Shown piece by piece: positions 28,239 to 37,452 of a stretch of DNA of 64,000 nt. Below the pieces are notes generated by a model, which ran no database searches, was not told where the DNA came from, and was given only the letters and a program-made list of their open reading frames with translations. Position 1 is the stretch's first letter, and each line of letters opens with the position of its first letter. The translations under genes and the position numbers were made by a program. Source of the stretch: Candidatus Woesearchaeota archaeon (GTDB taxonomy: Archaea; Nanobdellota; Nanobdellia; SCGC-AAA011-G17; UBA489); NCBI GenBank assembly GCA_018302985.1, contig JAGVZA010000001.1:10919-74918 (forward strand), given 5' to 3'.

Positions 28239-29327
28239 CTACGCTCGCTGAACAAAGCGAAGTGTTTTCACTTGCTTTCGTGCTTTCTCTAATTTTTTCT
28301 CAAAATCTTGCATGAAGGTAGTAATTTTTTCAAGAGCTAATTGTTTTAATTCTGCGCTGGTCATTTTTCCAGATTTATAGGCTTTATAGATTTTTATAAG
28401 TTCTGCATCGTCTTCAATAAAATGCTGTTTCAAGAGTTCAAAAACCATATCTTGTTCTGGTATGCCTCCAAGTTTTCGATGTTCTTCCAGAGTTTTTCTG
28501 CCGCCAGTTTTAGCTTTCTGAATTTTTCTTGTAAGAGAGTCTATATCTTCAGGAAGACTGATACAAGAGTCAGGAATGGATTTAGACATTTTAAAATCCC
28601 CATTCAGTGCGGGAGTAAATTTATGATTGATGGAGCTTAACAAAAAGTATTTCTTGTCTTTGGCTCTGCGAATATAATCTCTTGCTAGGCGTAGATGTGG
28701 TGCTTGATCTATGCCTACAGGAATAATCCCAGGCATTCTTTGTTTGAGTTGTGGATAAAGCATGTCCCCTATTTGAGTCACTGAAGCCATAATTCTTGAC
28801 GGTTCTGCATTGCCATAAGCTGCTCGAAATTCATTCAGAGTGATTTTTTGTGCTGCTTCAAAGCCTATTTTGATGACATCCATGTTCTCTGATTGAAAAT
28901 AAAAAGTAGTTTTCTTAGGGTCAAGTCCTAAAGCAATATAAGCAGGAATGTGAAAGTCCAAAGCGCGTCTTCTTGCTTCTTCTAAACTAACTCCTCGAGC
29001 TGCTGCAGATTCTAAGTCAGCTACAAGAATATAAGTTTCTGCTCCATGATCTTGAAAATAACGTAAGTTTTCTACAACTAATTTATTCCCCAGATGAAGT
29101 TTGTCGCCGCTAGGCATAATGCCTGTTAAAGCATAGAAAGGTTTTTTCTTCTTGATGCATTCGGCAATAATCCCAAGATCTTTGCCTGCAAATACTACTC
29201 CTCTGCGCATAATGCGATTAGGCTCTGGAAAGAGTGATTGGCTGAAAGCTTCTAGGCCAAATTCAGTAAGAAGTCGTTCATAATCTTCAATAAGCGTTGA
29301 TCCCCAAGGATCTACTAACACAGTCAT
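28239..29327 (-). CDS. trpS: tryptophan--tRNA ligase (archaeal/eukaryotic type)
   Basis: DPWGS..DYERLLTEFG, RRGVVFAGKD, PFYALTGIMPSGDKLHLGN (HIGH-like), IDQAPHLRLARD and KMSKS. Confidence 0.85.
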   Translation of the reverse strand: MTVLVDPWGSTLIEDYERLLTEFGLEAFSQSLFPEPNRIMRRGVVFAGKDLGIIAECIKKKKPFYALTGIMPSGDKLHLGNKLVVENLRYFQDHGAETYILVADLESAAARGVSLEEARRRALDFHIPAYIALGLDPKKTTFYFQSENMDVIKIGFEAAQKITLNEFRAAYGNAEPSRIMASVTQIGDMLYPQLKQRMPGIIPVGIDQAPHLRLARDYIRRAKDKKYFLLSSINHKFTPALNGDFKMSKSIPDSCISLPEDIDSLTRKIQKAKTGGRKTLEEHRKLGGIPEQDMVFELLKQHFIEDDAELIKIYKAYKSGKMTSAELKQLALEKITTFMQDFEKKLEKARKQVKTLRFVQRA

Positions 29328-29419
29328 GAATAAACAACAAGTAGTGTTCTATTTAAAACTTTTGAGCCAAGAAAGAAGTAACGCAACACTTATAAGAAAC
29401 AAAAAAAGTAAAGAAAGCA

Positions 29420-29947
29420 ATGGGTGACGAGAAAAAAACAGACGTGTATGCCATAGGAGCTCAAAGAGCATCCAGTGTTATCAAGTACTCCGGTACATTT
29501 GATATACTAGAATTATTAGGAGGCATTAAGGGATGGTATGCAAAAAGATATTATGAATTAACAGAAAAAGAGCATTCTGAAGCAGTTAAGTCCTCTGGCA
29601 AAGAATTAGTCATTGAGTATGAAGGAGTTAAAAAAGTCACAGAATATGTAACTTTTAAAGCAGTAGTAAAAATTGTTATTTATCGTTTAATTGATGTCTT
29701 AGTGGAAACACCCCAGGGAAAAGAAAAGAGGCAACAGGCAGAATTAGATATCGGGGTTAAATCATGGCTAAGTAAAAACTACAAAGACACTTTTAAAAAA
29801 TCATCAAAAACACAGGAATTCTTTAGGCAAGTCTATGAGCGATTTATTGGAAAAAATCATTTGGATGATCTCAAAACAAAATTAACTAATGAAACATTGA
29901 TGCTAATGGATGAGATCAAAACAACCTTGCAAGTGCCTAAGAAATAG
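29420..29947 (+). CDS. hypothetical protein (tandem paralogue A)
   Basis: 175 aa. YYELTEKEHSE..YVTFKAVVKI aligns with GYKVIEKEHKT..YIKFKIDTEVKV of the next ORF. Confidence 0.5.
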   Translation: MGDEKKTDVYAIGAQRASSVIKYSGTFDILELLGGIKGWYAKRYYELTEKEHSEAVKSSGKELVIEYEGVKKVTEYVTFKAVVKIVIYRLIDVLVETPQGKEKRQQAELDIGVKSWLSKNYKDTFKKSSKTQEFFRQVYERFIGKNHLDDLKTKLTNETLMLMDEIKTTLQVPKK

Positions 29948-29988
29948 GAATAGTAAGTTTTATTAAGAATGAGCAGTCTGAACAACCT

Positions 29989-30504
29989 ATGCCAGAAAGA
30001 GATTTTGTCGGAGAGATAATAAAATACAGCTTCTCAGGTGTTATTCCCATGGAGGAACTCTATAAGGCTATTTTTAAGTGGGCTAAACTCTATGGATATA
30101 AAGTCATAGAAAAAGAGCATAAGACTGCTTTAAGTTTAGAAAGAAAAGATTATGTATTTAATTGGACTATTGAGAGAAAACCAACAGACTATATTAAGTT
30201 CAAGATCGATACTGAAGTTAAGGTAAAAAGTCTAAAAGAAGTCAAAACTAAAGCTGCTAAAAAAAAGTACTATAAGGGAGATATTGATTTTATGTTGATT
30301 GCTTATTTTGAAAAGGATTATGAAGATGCTTTTGGAAAAAATCCTTTAATTAAGTTCACGCGTGAAGTCTTTGATAAATATCTTACGGAAAGCAAGATGC
30401 AAAGGCTCGAAAAAGAGCTGCTCAGAGATCGTGATAAGCTGCTTTCAGAAATCAAGGCATTCTTAGAAGTCCAAAGATTAAAAACTGCTGAAGAAGAAAA
30501 ATAA
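29989..30504 (+). CDS. hypothetical protein (tandem paralogue B)
   Basis: 171 aa, with a shared pattern and a coiled-coil tail like the upstream ORF. Confidence 0.5.
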   Translation: MPERDFVGEIIKYSFSGVIPMEELYKAIFKWAKLYGYKVIEKEHKTALSLERKDYVFNWTIERKPTDYIKFKIDTEVKVKSLKEVKTKAAKKKYYKGDIDFMLIAYFEKDYEDAFGKNPLIKFTREVFDKYLTESKMQRLEKELLRDRDKLLSEIKAFLEVQRLKTAEEEK

Positions 30505-30506
30505 AA

Positions 30507-31049
30507 TTATTTAGGTAAACGCTGTTCAAGAGGAGTATAAGTACCATCTACTTGTCTACGAAAAGAAGTTGTCGTTCCATCAGGTTGTTTAATTTCTAGT
30601 TTTTGTGGAGCAATTTCCCTTATAGGAGTTTGATCTCTGCCAACTAAATAGCCACCCATAAGTAATGTGGCGGCTAAAAATCCTGAAGTAGTATATCTTC
30701 GTAGTCGACTAAGAGCATTCTCTTCACCATATGTTTCTCGTAAAAGAACACCGGTACCAGCACCGACAAGAGCAGAGCCAGCAAGGATTCCAAAAGTCAT
30801 AAAACCATCGCGATTAAAAACAGTAAGAAGACTAGCAACCGCAATGCCTGTAGCTCCTGGATTAGTAAGTTTATTCTTTCTACCAATATCAGCTGCAGCA
30901 ACAGTACAAAGAGCAGAAGGAACAACATAAGGAATTGAAGAGGGATTATAAATACAAGTAAGAGTAGTAAATGTTCCAACTGCAAGCCCAGCTAATTTAG
31001 AAACTAAATTTCCTTGATCTTGTGTTACTAAAGGTTCAGTTGTTGTCAT
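30507..31049 (-). CDS. Gly/Ala-rich multi-TM membrane protein (MTTE family)
   Basis: N terminus is paralogous to the 17607-18065 ORF. Confidence 0.6.
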   Translation of the reverse strand: MTTTEPLVTQDQGNLVSKLAGLAVGTFTTLTCIYNPSSIPYVVPSALCTVAAADIGRKNKLTNPGATGIAVASLLTVFNRDGFMTFGILAGSALVGAGTGVLLRETYGEENALSRLRRYTTSGFLAATLLMGGYLVGRDQTPIREIAPQKLEIKQPDGTTTSFRRQVDGTYTPLEQRLPK

Positions 31050-31462
31050 AGTTGGTTTCTCCTTAATCTGACAAGTCTTAGGGTCAATATATAAATATTC
31101 CTATTAACTACTCTAAAGAGAAGACATTTTTCATAAACATAAACTATATATAGGACTGATAACTAAAAAAAGATTAAGCCCGTCATGAGAATACTCAACG
31201 GAGTACGGCAAACGCCAAGCAATGAGTTTGGGAGTTAATGCCGGGCAAAATACCTCATATTCGCAAAAACAAGGTCAAATCAAGAAAAAGTTTATATTCA
31301 TCCCATAAAAAAGAGACAGAATACAAAAAAAAGAGTAAAAGAGTCTTAATTACAAAAGAGAATCGGGAAATATAAGCTAATTCTGAGTTGCCGTTGTGTT
31401 TCGAGGTATAAAGAGGTCTTTATCGAAGAAAGACACATTCGAAACAAGTGGAGGCAAATACC

Positions 31463-32827
31463 ATGGGAAAAATCAGCCCAGTCGCAGCAAAATATATGAT
31501 TCATGCCCAAATTCAAATTGAGGGCGTAGTTGACAGACCAGACGTAATTGGATCAGTCTTTGGTCAAACAGAAGGATTACTAGGTTCTGATTTAGAGCTT
31601 AGAGAATTGCAAAGATCAGGAAGAATAGGACGTATTGAAGTAGACTTAGACACCAAAACTGGTAAGTCTGTTGGATACATTATAATCCCTTCTTCTTTAG
31701 ATAAAACTGAAACTGCTTTGATAGCAGCAGCTCTAGAAACTATTCAAAGAATTGGTCCTTGTAATGCTAAAGTAAAAGTAGACAAGGTAGAAGATGTGCG
31801 TACATCTAAGCGTGCACAAGTGATTGAACGTGCTAAAGCATTGCTCAGTCAATTGACACATGGAACTCTACCAGACTCTAAAGATATTCGTGAAGAAGTT
31901 GAGCATGCAGTAAGAACTATGGGAATCATTGAATGGGGTCCAGATAGATTACCTGCAGGTCCAGGCGTTGACGAGTCAGAAGAACTTATTATTGTAGAAG
32001 GAAGAGCGGATGTCTTGAATTTGTTAAAGGCAGATTTCAAAAACGTTATTGCTCTCAATGGAACATCAGTGCCAAAAAGCATTGCAGAACTCTGTCATAA
32101 AAAAACAGTAACTGTATTTGTTGATGGAGATCGTGGTGGCGATTTAATTATTAAAGAATTAAGTTTAGTCACAGAAATTGACTTCGTCACTAAAGCACCA
32201 GATGGTAAAGAAGTTGAGGAGCTAGCTAAGAAAGAAATCCACAAGGCTTTACGTTCTCGTGTGGCTATCGAGCAAGTCAAGATGGAATTAAATGGCAACA
32301 GAATGTCTGATTCCAAATTAGATCTTGGCCGCGATCGTCCACAAAGAGAAATGAGTGACAGACCTAGATTTGAAGCACGCCCCCCACAACAAGAGCGTCG
32401 TGATTTCCCTCGTCGAGAAGAGCGTCGTCCAGAAAGCCGTGATCGCATGGTTCGTTCTGATCGTGGTCCTCAAAGAGAAATACGGGAAGAACGTGCACCT
32501 GTACGTCGTTCCTCTGCTCCAAGTAAGTTAGAAAAGAAAGACGCTGACAATTTCAAGAAAATGCTTGATGATTTAGTAGGTACACGTGGCGCTTACATTG
32601 TGGATGAAAATGCAAACATCTTAGGAAAAGTACCAACCACAGAACTAACAACAACCATGGAATCTTTAACAGGAAGTATCTATGCTGTAGTTATGGATGG
32701 TGCTATCACACAAGATGTTGCAAACAGCGCGCAGGAAGCGCAAGTAAAATTCCTCATTGCCAATGAGTCGCAAGTACGACCAGGCAGTGTACGCTTAAGT
32801 ATTTTAACTGGAAAAGATCTCCAATAA
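31463..32827 (+). CDS. dnaG: archaeal DnaG primase homologue (Toprim) with an Arg/Glu/Asp/Pro-rich insert
   Basis: KY.IHAQIQIEGVVDRPDVIGSVFGQTEGLLG N terminus. Toprim motifs IIVEGRADVLNL and VFVDGDRGGDLI. ATG 31463 is preceded by GGAGG. Confidence 0.9.
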   Translation: MGKISPVAAKYMIHAQIQIEGVVDRPDVIGSVFGQTEGLLGSDLELRELQRSGRIGRIEVDLDTKTGKSVGYIIIPSSLDKTETALIAAALETIQRIGPCNAKVKVDKVEDVRTSKRAQVIERAKALLSQLTHGTLPDSKDIREEVEHAVRTMGIIEWGPDRLPAGPGVDESEELIIVEGRADVLNLLKADFKNVIALNGTSVPKSIAELCHKKTVTVFVDGDRGGDLIIKELSLVTEIDFVTKAPDGKEVEELAKKEIHKALRSRVAIEQVKMELNGNRMSDSKLDLGRDRPQREMSDRPRFEARPPQQERRDFPRREERRPESRDRMVRSDRGPQREIREERAPVRRSSAPSKLEKKDADNFKKMLDDLVGTRGAYIVDENANILGKVPTTELTTTMESLTGSIYAVVMDGAITQDVANSAQEAQVKFLIANESQVRPGSVRLSILTGKDLQ

Positions 32828-32848
32828 GCAAAGACAAAGAGGTGAGCT

Positions 32849-33346
32849 ATGGAGTATACACCACGAAAGTGGAGTTTTCTTGCTAAGGTGGCCGTCATTG
32901 GCGGCATCCTATTAGCTTTATTTGTAGCAGGATACTATACTGGTTATTTTCCAAAAGAATGTGGTCAAGATAAATTGTGTTTTCAAAAGTATGTAGAAAA
33001 GTGCAAACCTGCACAAGTAGCAGTCATCAGAAATAATAATGCTTATCTCTATGCTGTAGGCAATCAGTTAGGAAAAAATTGTGAAGTAAATATCAAGGCA
33101 CTACGTATGGATGCTGGTGCTCCTCCTGAATTTAAGAACTTAGAAGGAAAAGAAATGAGTTGTAAGATTCCTAAAAAAGAATTAGCAGCAACCAACTTTG
33201 ATAATTTTGATAATCTCTTAAGTTATTGCCACGGTCCATTAAAAGAGGGATTGTATGAAGTTATTATTCAACGCATGTATTCTTTAGTCGTCAGTCAGTT
33301 AGGCGATATTGTAAAAGAAGCGCAAAAAGTGTTGAGAGAAGTATAA
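32849..33346 (+). CDS. membrane-anchored Cys-containing hypothetical protein
   Basis: N-terminal TM segment (VAVIGGILLALFVAGYY) and six Cys in the ectodomain. Confidence 0.5.
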   Translation: MEYTPRKWSFLAKVAVIGGILLALFVAGYYTGYFPKECGQDKLCFQKYVEKCKPAQVAVIRNNNAYLYAVGNQLGKNCEVNIKALRMDAGAPPEFKNLEGKEMSCKIPKKELAATNFDNFDNLLSYCHGPLKEGLYEVIIQRMYSLVVSQLGDIVKEAQKVLREV

Positions 33347-33412
33347 TACTTACTAACTAGGGATGAATTCTTAAAGTAAAGTATTTATAGAGCTGAAAAG
33401 TCGAAAAAGAAT

Positions 33413-34054
33413 ATGATAGCAAGAACAGATGCTGTAAGAGATATGTGTGCGGAAATGGGTGGAATTACGGTTGCATTTGAAAAAGTGGAAGCTCGTTTTC
33501 TCCAACACACACAACCAAATGGAAAATGTAGAGACTTAGGACAATTAACAGGTAAACTCGCAGAAATACATACACTGGAGCGAGCAGAAGAATTAGTAAG
33601 AAGACATCCAGAAACTATGGCTGTGTATTGGTTAGGAGAGAGGACAAGAGAACAAGAGAGAGAATATGCACCTGCTAATGATGGTACTCCTAATATAGTC
33701 GTATATAATAACGCAAGAAACCCAATAGGAGAAATAGATATGGTTATGTTAGTAAATGATATTCCTGTTATTGTTGAAACACATATAGCAAAATTTAATA
33801 ATAGTAAAAGAAATGGTGTTGAACAAGTATTAAAAGAAAGTCTTATTGAGAAGAAAAAAGAACATGTTGCTAAGTTACTTGGAGGTCAGCCAGAAATAAT
33901 ATATGTTATTCCTGAAAATTATCTAGTAAATGTACAGGTGCCAACATTTAGAATTGCAAGATATGTCCATGCTGGAAATCATATTGTACCTTTTCCGATG
34001 GATCGTCGTACATGGCGTACATTAGCAGAAAGCGTTGTATTTCAGTTAGTATAA
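33413..34054 (+). CDS. hypothetical protein, possible PD-(D/E)xK-like nuclease fold (tentative)
   Basis: GEIDMVMLVNDIPVIVETHIAK resembles the GEIDLI...fVEVK core of the YraN/restriction-endonuclease-like fold, but the ExK motif is imperfect. Confidence 0.45.
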   Translation: MIARTDAVRDMCAEMGGITVAFEKVEARFLQHTQPNGKCRDLGQLTGKLAEIHTLERAEELVRRHPETMAVYWLGERTREQEREYAPANDGTPNIVVYNNARNPIGEIDMVMLVNDIPVIVETHIAKFNNSKRNGVEQVLKESLIEKKKEHVAKLLGGQPEIIYVIPENYLVNVQVPTFRIARYVHAGNHIVPFPMDRRTWRTLAESVVFQLV

Positions 34055-34062
34055 GAAAAAAA

Positions 34063-34335
34063 GACAGACACGCCAGCAAGTGGATACAAATTACCACTGA
34101 CAGTTGAACCCTGCACTTTCCTCCCCTTCATTTCCCTGAAAGCGCCAAACATATAGGTTAGGACTGCTTCATTCCTGACCTGATCCGGTTCTCCATATAT
34201 TCAACCAATCAGGACAAAGGATCGTTGTACGATGCAGGACTGGCAATAATAATCTATGCCTCCTCGCCAGCTTCGGCTCTACCTAAAGTTCGCTTGTAGT
34301 AACAGCGTGGAACTAGCACGCCAGCCTAGTCTGTC
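34063..34335 (-). ncRNA. ffs: signal recognition particle (7S) RNA
   Basis: No ORF and locally higher GC. On the minus strand, 5' GACAGAC pairs with 3' GTCTGTC and is followed by a T7 run. 5' CUAGGCUGGCG Alu-domain motif. Helix-8 motif CAGGUCAGGAAUGAAGCAGUCC. Confidence 0.85.
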
Positions 34336-34357
34336 AGATATGCAAGAGAGAAGGTTC

Positions 34358-34365
34358 TTTTAAAG
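34358..34365 (-). promoter_or_regulatory. TATA-like box for the SRP RNA
   Basis: Minus-strand cCTTTAAAAg ends 22 nt upstream of the predicted RNA 5' end. Confidence 0.5.
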
Positions 34366-34372
34366 GTTTGTG

Positions 34373-35275
34373 TTAAAGAACAAAAGGTCTGTTTTTTTCT
34401 TCCAAACTAATCATCTGTAAAGATTTCCCAATTCCCAATCCTATATGATAAAAAGAATATGCAGAAAGCTTTCCTAAGATATCCCCTAAATAGCTAGTTT
34501 GTTTAAATTCAACTTCAACAGCATCTTCAATGTTAGCAAGTTCTTTAGTTCTATTCAATGCTAAGTCTCTGCTGCCAACTTCATCAATTAAACCAAGGTC
34601 AACTGCTTCAATGCCTAAATAATAAATACCATTTGCTAAGGAAGCAACTTGTTGTTCATCTAATCCTCTATTGTGTGCTACATCAGCAACAAACACTTTA
34701 TGAATAGTTTGCATCTTGCCAAGTAACAAAGTTCTTTCTTCATCAGTCATCTGTCTGAATGGACTGCCAACATCTTTGTATTTGCCAGTTTTCAATCCTT
34801 CGTAAGTGACTCCATAGTCTTCCATCAATCGAGAGAATTCTAAAAAAGTAGAGATAACACCGATACTTCCTGTTAAGGAAAGTTCATCAGCAACTATATG
34901 ATCTGAAGCACTAGCAACCCAATAAGCTCCACTGGTTCCTATTTCTCGAATATAAGCAACAACAGGCTTCTCTGAGTTTTTAACAGCTTGAACAATTTCT
35001 TTAGAAGCGACAACTGTGCCTCCAGGACTATTAATTTCTAGAAGAATACCTTTGACTGAATCATCTGCTTGAGCTTCTTTGATAAATTGGACAATAGTAG
35101 AAGATTGAACAGTAGAAGCAGTAGTAAATCCAACACTGCTCTGACCAACAATAGCGCCTTGAATAGGAATAACTGCAATTTTTTCACGAAAATCAGTCTT
35201 GGAAAAAGAAGAGGCTGCATAGCTAACAAACCATAAAACCAGAATAGTAAAAAGAATTTGCCAGAATCTAGACAT
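34373..35275 (-). CDS. sppA: signal peptide peptidase SppA (S49 family, 36K type)
   Basis: IPIQGAIV, INSPGGTVVASKEI and GTSGAYWVASASDHIVA motifs, with an N-terminal TM segment. Confidence 0.88.
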   Translation of the reverse strand: MSRFWQILFTILVLWFVSYAASSFSKTDFREKIAVIPIQGAIVGQSSVGFTTASTVQSSTIVQFIKEAQADDSVKGILLEINSPGGTVVASKEIVQAVKNSEKPVVAYIREIGTSGAYWVASASDHIVADELSLTGSIGVISTFLEFSRLMEDYGVTYEGLKTGKYKDVGSPFRQMTDEERTLLLGKMQTIHKVFVADVAHNRGLDEQQVASLANGIYYLGIEAVDLGLIDEVGSRDLALNRTKELANIEDAVEVEFKQTSYLGDILGKLSAYSFYHIGLGIGKSLQMISLEEKNRPFVL

Positions 35276-35726
35276 AGCTAATCACCTCGGTATGTGCAAG
35301 AGTTTCTGAGTAGCGTTGAGAAGTATGAGAGAAGAACATATACAAAACATCAGCTAATAACAAAAGACTTGAAAGTTTTGAAATATTACGAAGAAGGCAT
35401 TGAGAAAAGCGTAAGTGTTTCTGCTCACTAACAATCTTCAAATGGAAAAAATATTTGCCCAGAGTCTGTTGAAAGCGATACTCTAAAACAGTCCAGTAAG
35501 CTAGAGAAAGTATAAGTATTAGACAAACTGAAAAGAAAAATTGAAAAGTGTAAGTAGTAGTCTTGAAGGAATTAAACAAATCAGAAAAAGAGGTATAGGA
35601 AGTATCAAAAGAGGCTAAAGGAGCAAGTATTAAAGCAAGAATAAGTGCATCAATAACATAAGCCAGAACGCGTTTCCATAAAGGAGCAGGTTGTTCTTTG
35701 CGAAGCAATCTTTTTATATCCATCAA
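35268..35726 (-). CDS. RDD-family membrane protein
   Basis: APLWKRVLAYVIDALILALIL and QTLGKYFFHLKIV. Overlaps the sppA start by 8 nt. Confidence 0.7.
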   Translation of the reverse strand: MMDIKRLLRKEQPAPLWKRVLAYVIDALILALILAPLASFDTSYTSFSDLFNSFKTTTYTFQFFFSVCLILILSLAYWTVLEYRFQQTLGKYFFHLKIVSEQKHLRFSQCLLRNISKLSSLLLLADVLYMFFSHTSQRYSETLAHTEVISYV

Positions 35727-35762
35727 GAAAAGAATGAAACATACTATTTAAAGGTTATTACC

Positions 35763-37448
35763 ATGTTCCACGAAGAATTAATACAACAATTGCCAAAAAT
35801 AAAAACACAGGAAGAATTGACAAAGGCAAAGCTGGCGCTCTCGCATAAGTATCATTTGAAAAATGTTCCGATGAATATGGAGATTCTTTGTCACTTATCA
35901 CCGCAGCAAATAGAAAAATATAAACCTCTTTTCATAACAAAACCAACAAGAACTATTTCTGGTGTTGCTCCTGTAGCAATTATGACTTCTCCTATGAATT
36001 GCCCTGCACAAGCAAAATGTACATTCTGCCCAGGTGGTCCAAATTCCTATTATGGTGACACACCAAAAAGTTATCCTGGTGGATCTCCTGCACATTTGCG
36101 AGCAGAAAGAAATAAATATGATCCTTATTTGCAAACTATCAATCGTTTGGAACATTATGTCTTATTAAATCAAGATTTCTCAAAGACAGAAGTAATTATT
36201 ATGGGTGGAACATTCACAAGTTATCCTCTGCGTTACCGACATGAGTTCATTATGTATATGTTAAAAGCAATGAATGATTTTGCTGACATGTTCTGTAAAC
36301 CAACATTTAATGTCTTAAAATTTAGAGAGTTTTTTGAACTTCCAGCAGATGTTAAAGATGTAGAGCGAACAAAACGTATCCATGAAAAGTTGCTCAAGCT
36401 CAAAGAAACATCCACAGTAGAAAAAGAGCAGAAGAGAAATGAAACAAGTGCTGTTCGTTGCCCTGTGCTCTGCATTGAAACACGTCCTGATTGTTCTTTA
36501 CCCGTGCATATTGATGATATCCTTAAGTTAGGATGTACTCGTGTTGAATTAGGTGTGCAAAGTCTCTATGACAATGTATTACTAAAAGTAGAGCGAGGTC
36601 ACGATAATCAAGCAACTATCGATGCAACACAACGATTAAGGGATAGTTTTCTAAAAGTTGGTTATCATATGATGTTAGGTCTTCCAGAATCCACACAAGC
36701 TTCTGATATCAGTATGTTCAAAGAGCTTTTCGAAAATCCAGCATACAAACCAGATGCACTCAAAATCTATCCGTGCCTAGTTTTTAAAGGCACAAAGCTC
36801 TACCAGCAATGGGAAAACAAAGAATTCCAGCCTATAGATGCGCATGAAGCAGCGCAAAGAATTATTGAAATAAAACAATATGTGCAACCCTATTGTAGAA
36901 TCATGCGCGTCCAAAGAGATATTCCAACTTACATGGTAGAAGCAGGTGTAGAAAAAACAAACTTACGACAAGAAATTTTTGAGTTAATGAAAAAAAAGAA
37001 AATAGTCTGTCGTTGTATCCGTTGTCGTGAGCCAAAAGCTATGGATGTTGAATGGAAAAATGTCAAAATGCAGAGATATGACTATGAAGCGGCTCAAGGA
37101 AAAGAAATATTTTTGTCTTTTGATGATAGAAAAAACGATAAAATTTTAGGATTCACTCGTTTGCGCATTCCTTACAAGCCCTATCGTCCAGAAATCACAA
37201 AAAAAACAGCAGGTATTCGTGAAATTCATGTCTATGGTGCAGCAGTGCGTGTTGGTCAGAAAACACTGAAAGACGTGCAGCATCATGGTTTAGGAATGCA
37301 GTTAATGGAAGAAGCAGAAAAAATAGCTCAAGAGGAATTTGATTGTAACAAAATGGTTGTGATTGCAGGTATCGGTGCAAGAGAATATTTCAAAAAGAAA
37401 TTAAACTATAAGCAAGATGGTCCGTATGTCAGTAAAAAATTAAAATAA
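35763..37448 (+). CDS. elp3: Elp3-type radical SAM/GNAT tRNA uridine(34) modification enzyme
   Basis: Radical-SAM Cys cluster (CPAQAKCTFCPGG), RVELGVQS and a C-terminal GNAT (HHGLGMQLMEEAE). Start at ATG 35763, after atttaaag. Confidence 0.92.
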   Translation: MFHEELIQQLPKIKTQEELTKAKLALSHKYHLKNVPMNMEILCHLSPQQIEKYKPLFITKPTRTISGVAPVAIMTSPMNCPAQAKCTFCPGGPNSYYGDTPKSYPGGSPAHLRAERNKYDPYLQTINRLEHYVLLNQDFSKTEVIIMGGTFTSYPLRYRHEFIMYMLKAMNDFADMFCKPTFNVLKFREFFELPADVKDVERTKRIHEKLLKLKETSTVEKEQKRNETSAVRCPVLCIETRPDCSLPVHIDDILKLGCTRVELGVQSLYDNVLLKVERGHDNQATIDATQRLRDSFLKVGYHMMLGLPESTQASDISMFKELFENPAYKPDALKIYPCLVFKGTKLYQQWENKEFQPIDAHEAAQRIIEIKQYVQPYCRIMRVQRDIPTYMVEAGVEKTNLRQEIFELMKKKKIVCRCIRCREPKAMDVEWKNVKMQRYDYEAAQGKEIFLSFDDRKNDKILGFTRLRIPYKPYRPEITKKTAGIREIHVYGAAVRVGQKTLKDVQHHGLGMQLMEEAEKIAQEEFDCNKMVVIAGIGAREYFKKKLNYKQDGPYVSKKLK

Positions 37449-37452
37449 AAAA

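Noticed and set aside
31178-31246. tRNA or split-tRNA half
   Set aside because: A long terminal stem is present. However, there is no GG-containing D loop, no TTC(G/A)A T loop and no anticodon arm of the correct geometry. I kept it only as a candidate structured RNA.
31050-31462. RNase P RNA
   Set aside because: The minus strand contains ACGGGCUUA followed by a T-run, which resembles the P4 3' strand. I found no GGAAAGUCC-type 5' P4 strand or other conserved regions within reach.
32095-32448. 117-aa Arg/Ser-rich ORF antisense to dnaG
   Set aside because: It is the mirror image of the Arg/Glu-rich insert in dnaG. It has no independent promoter or SD.
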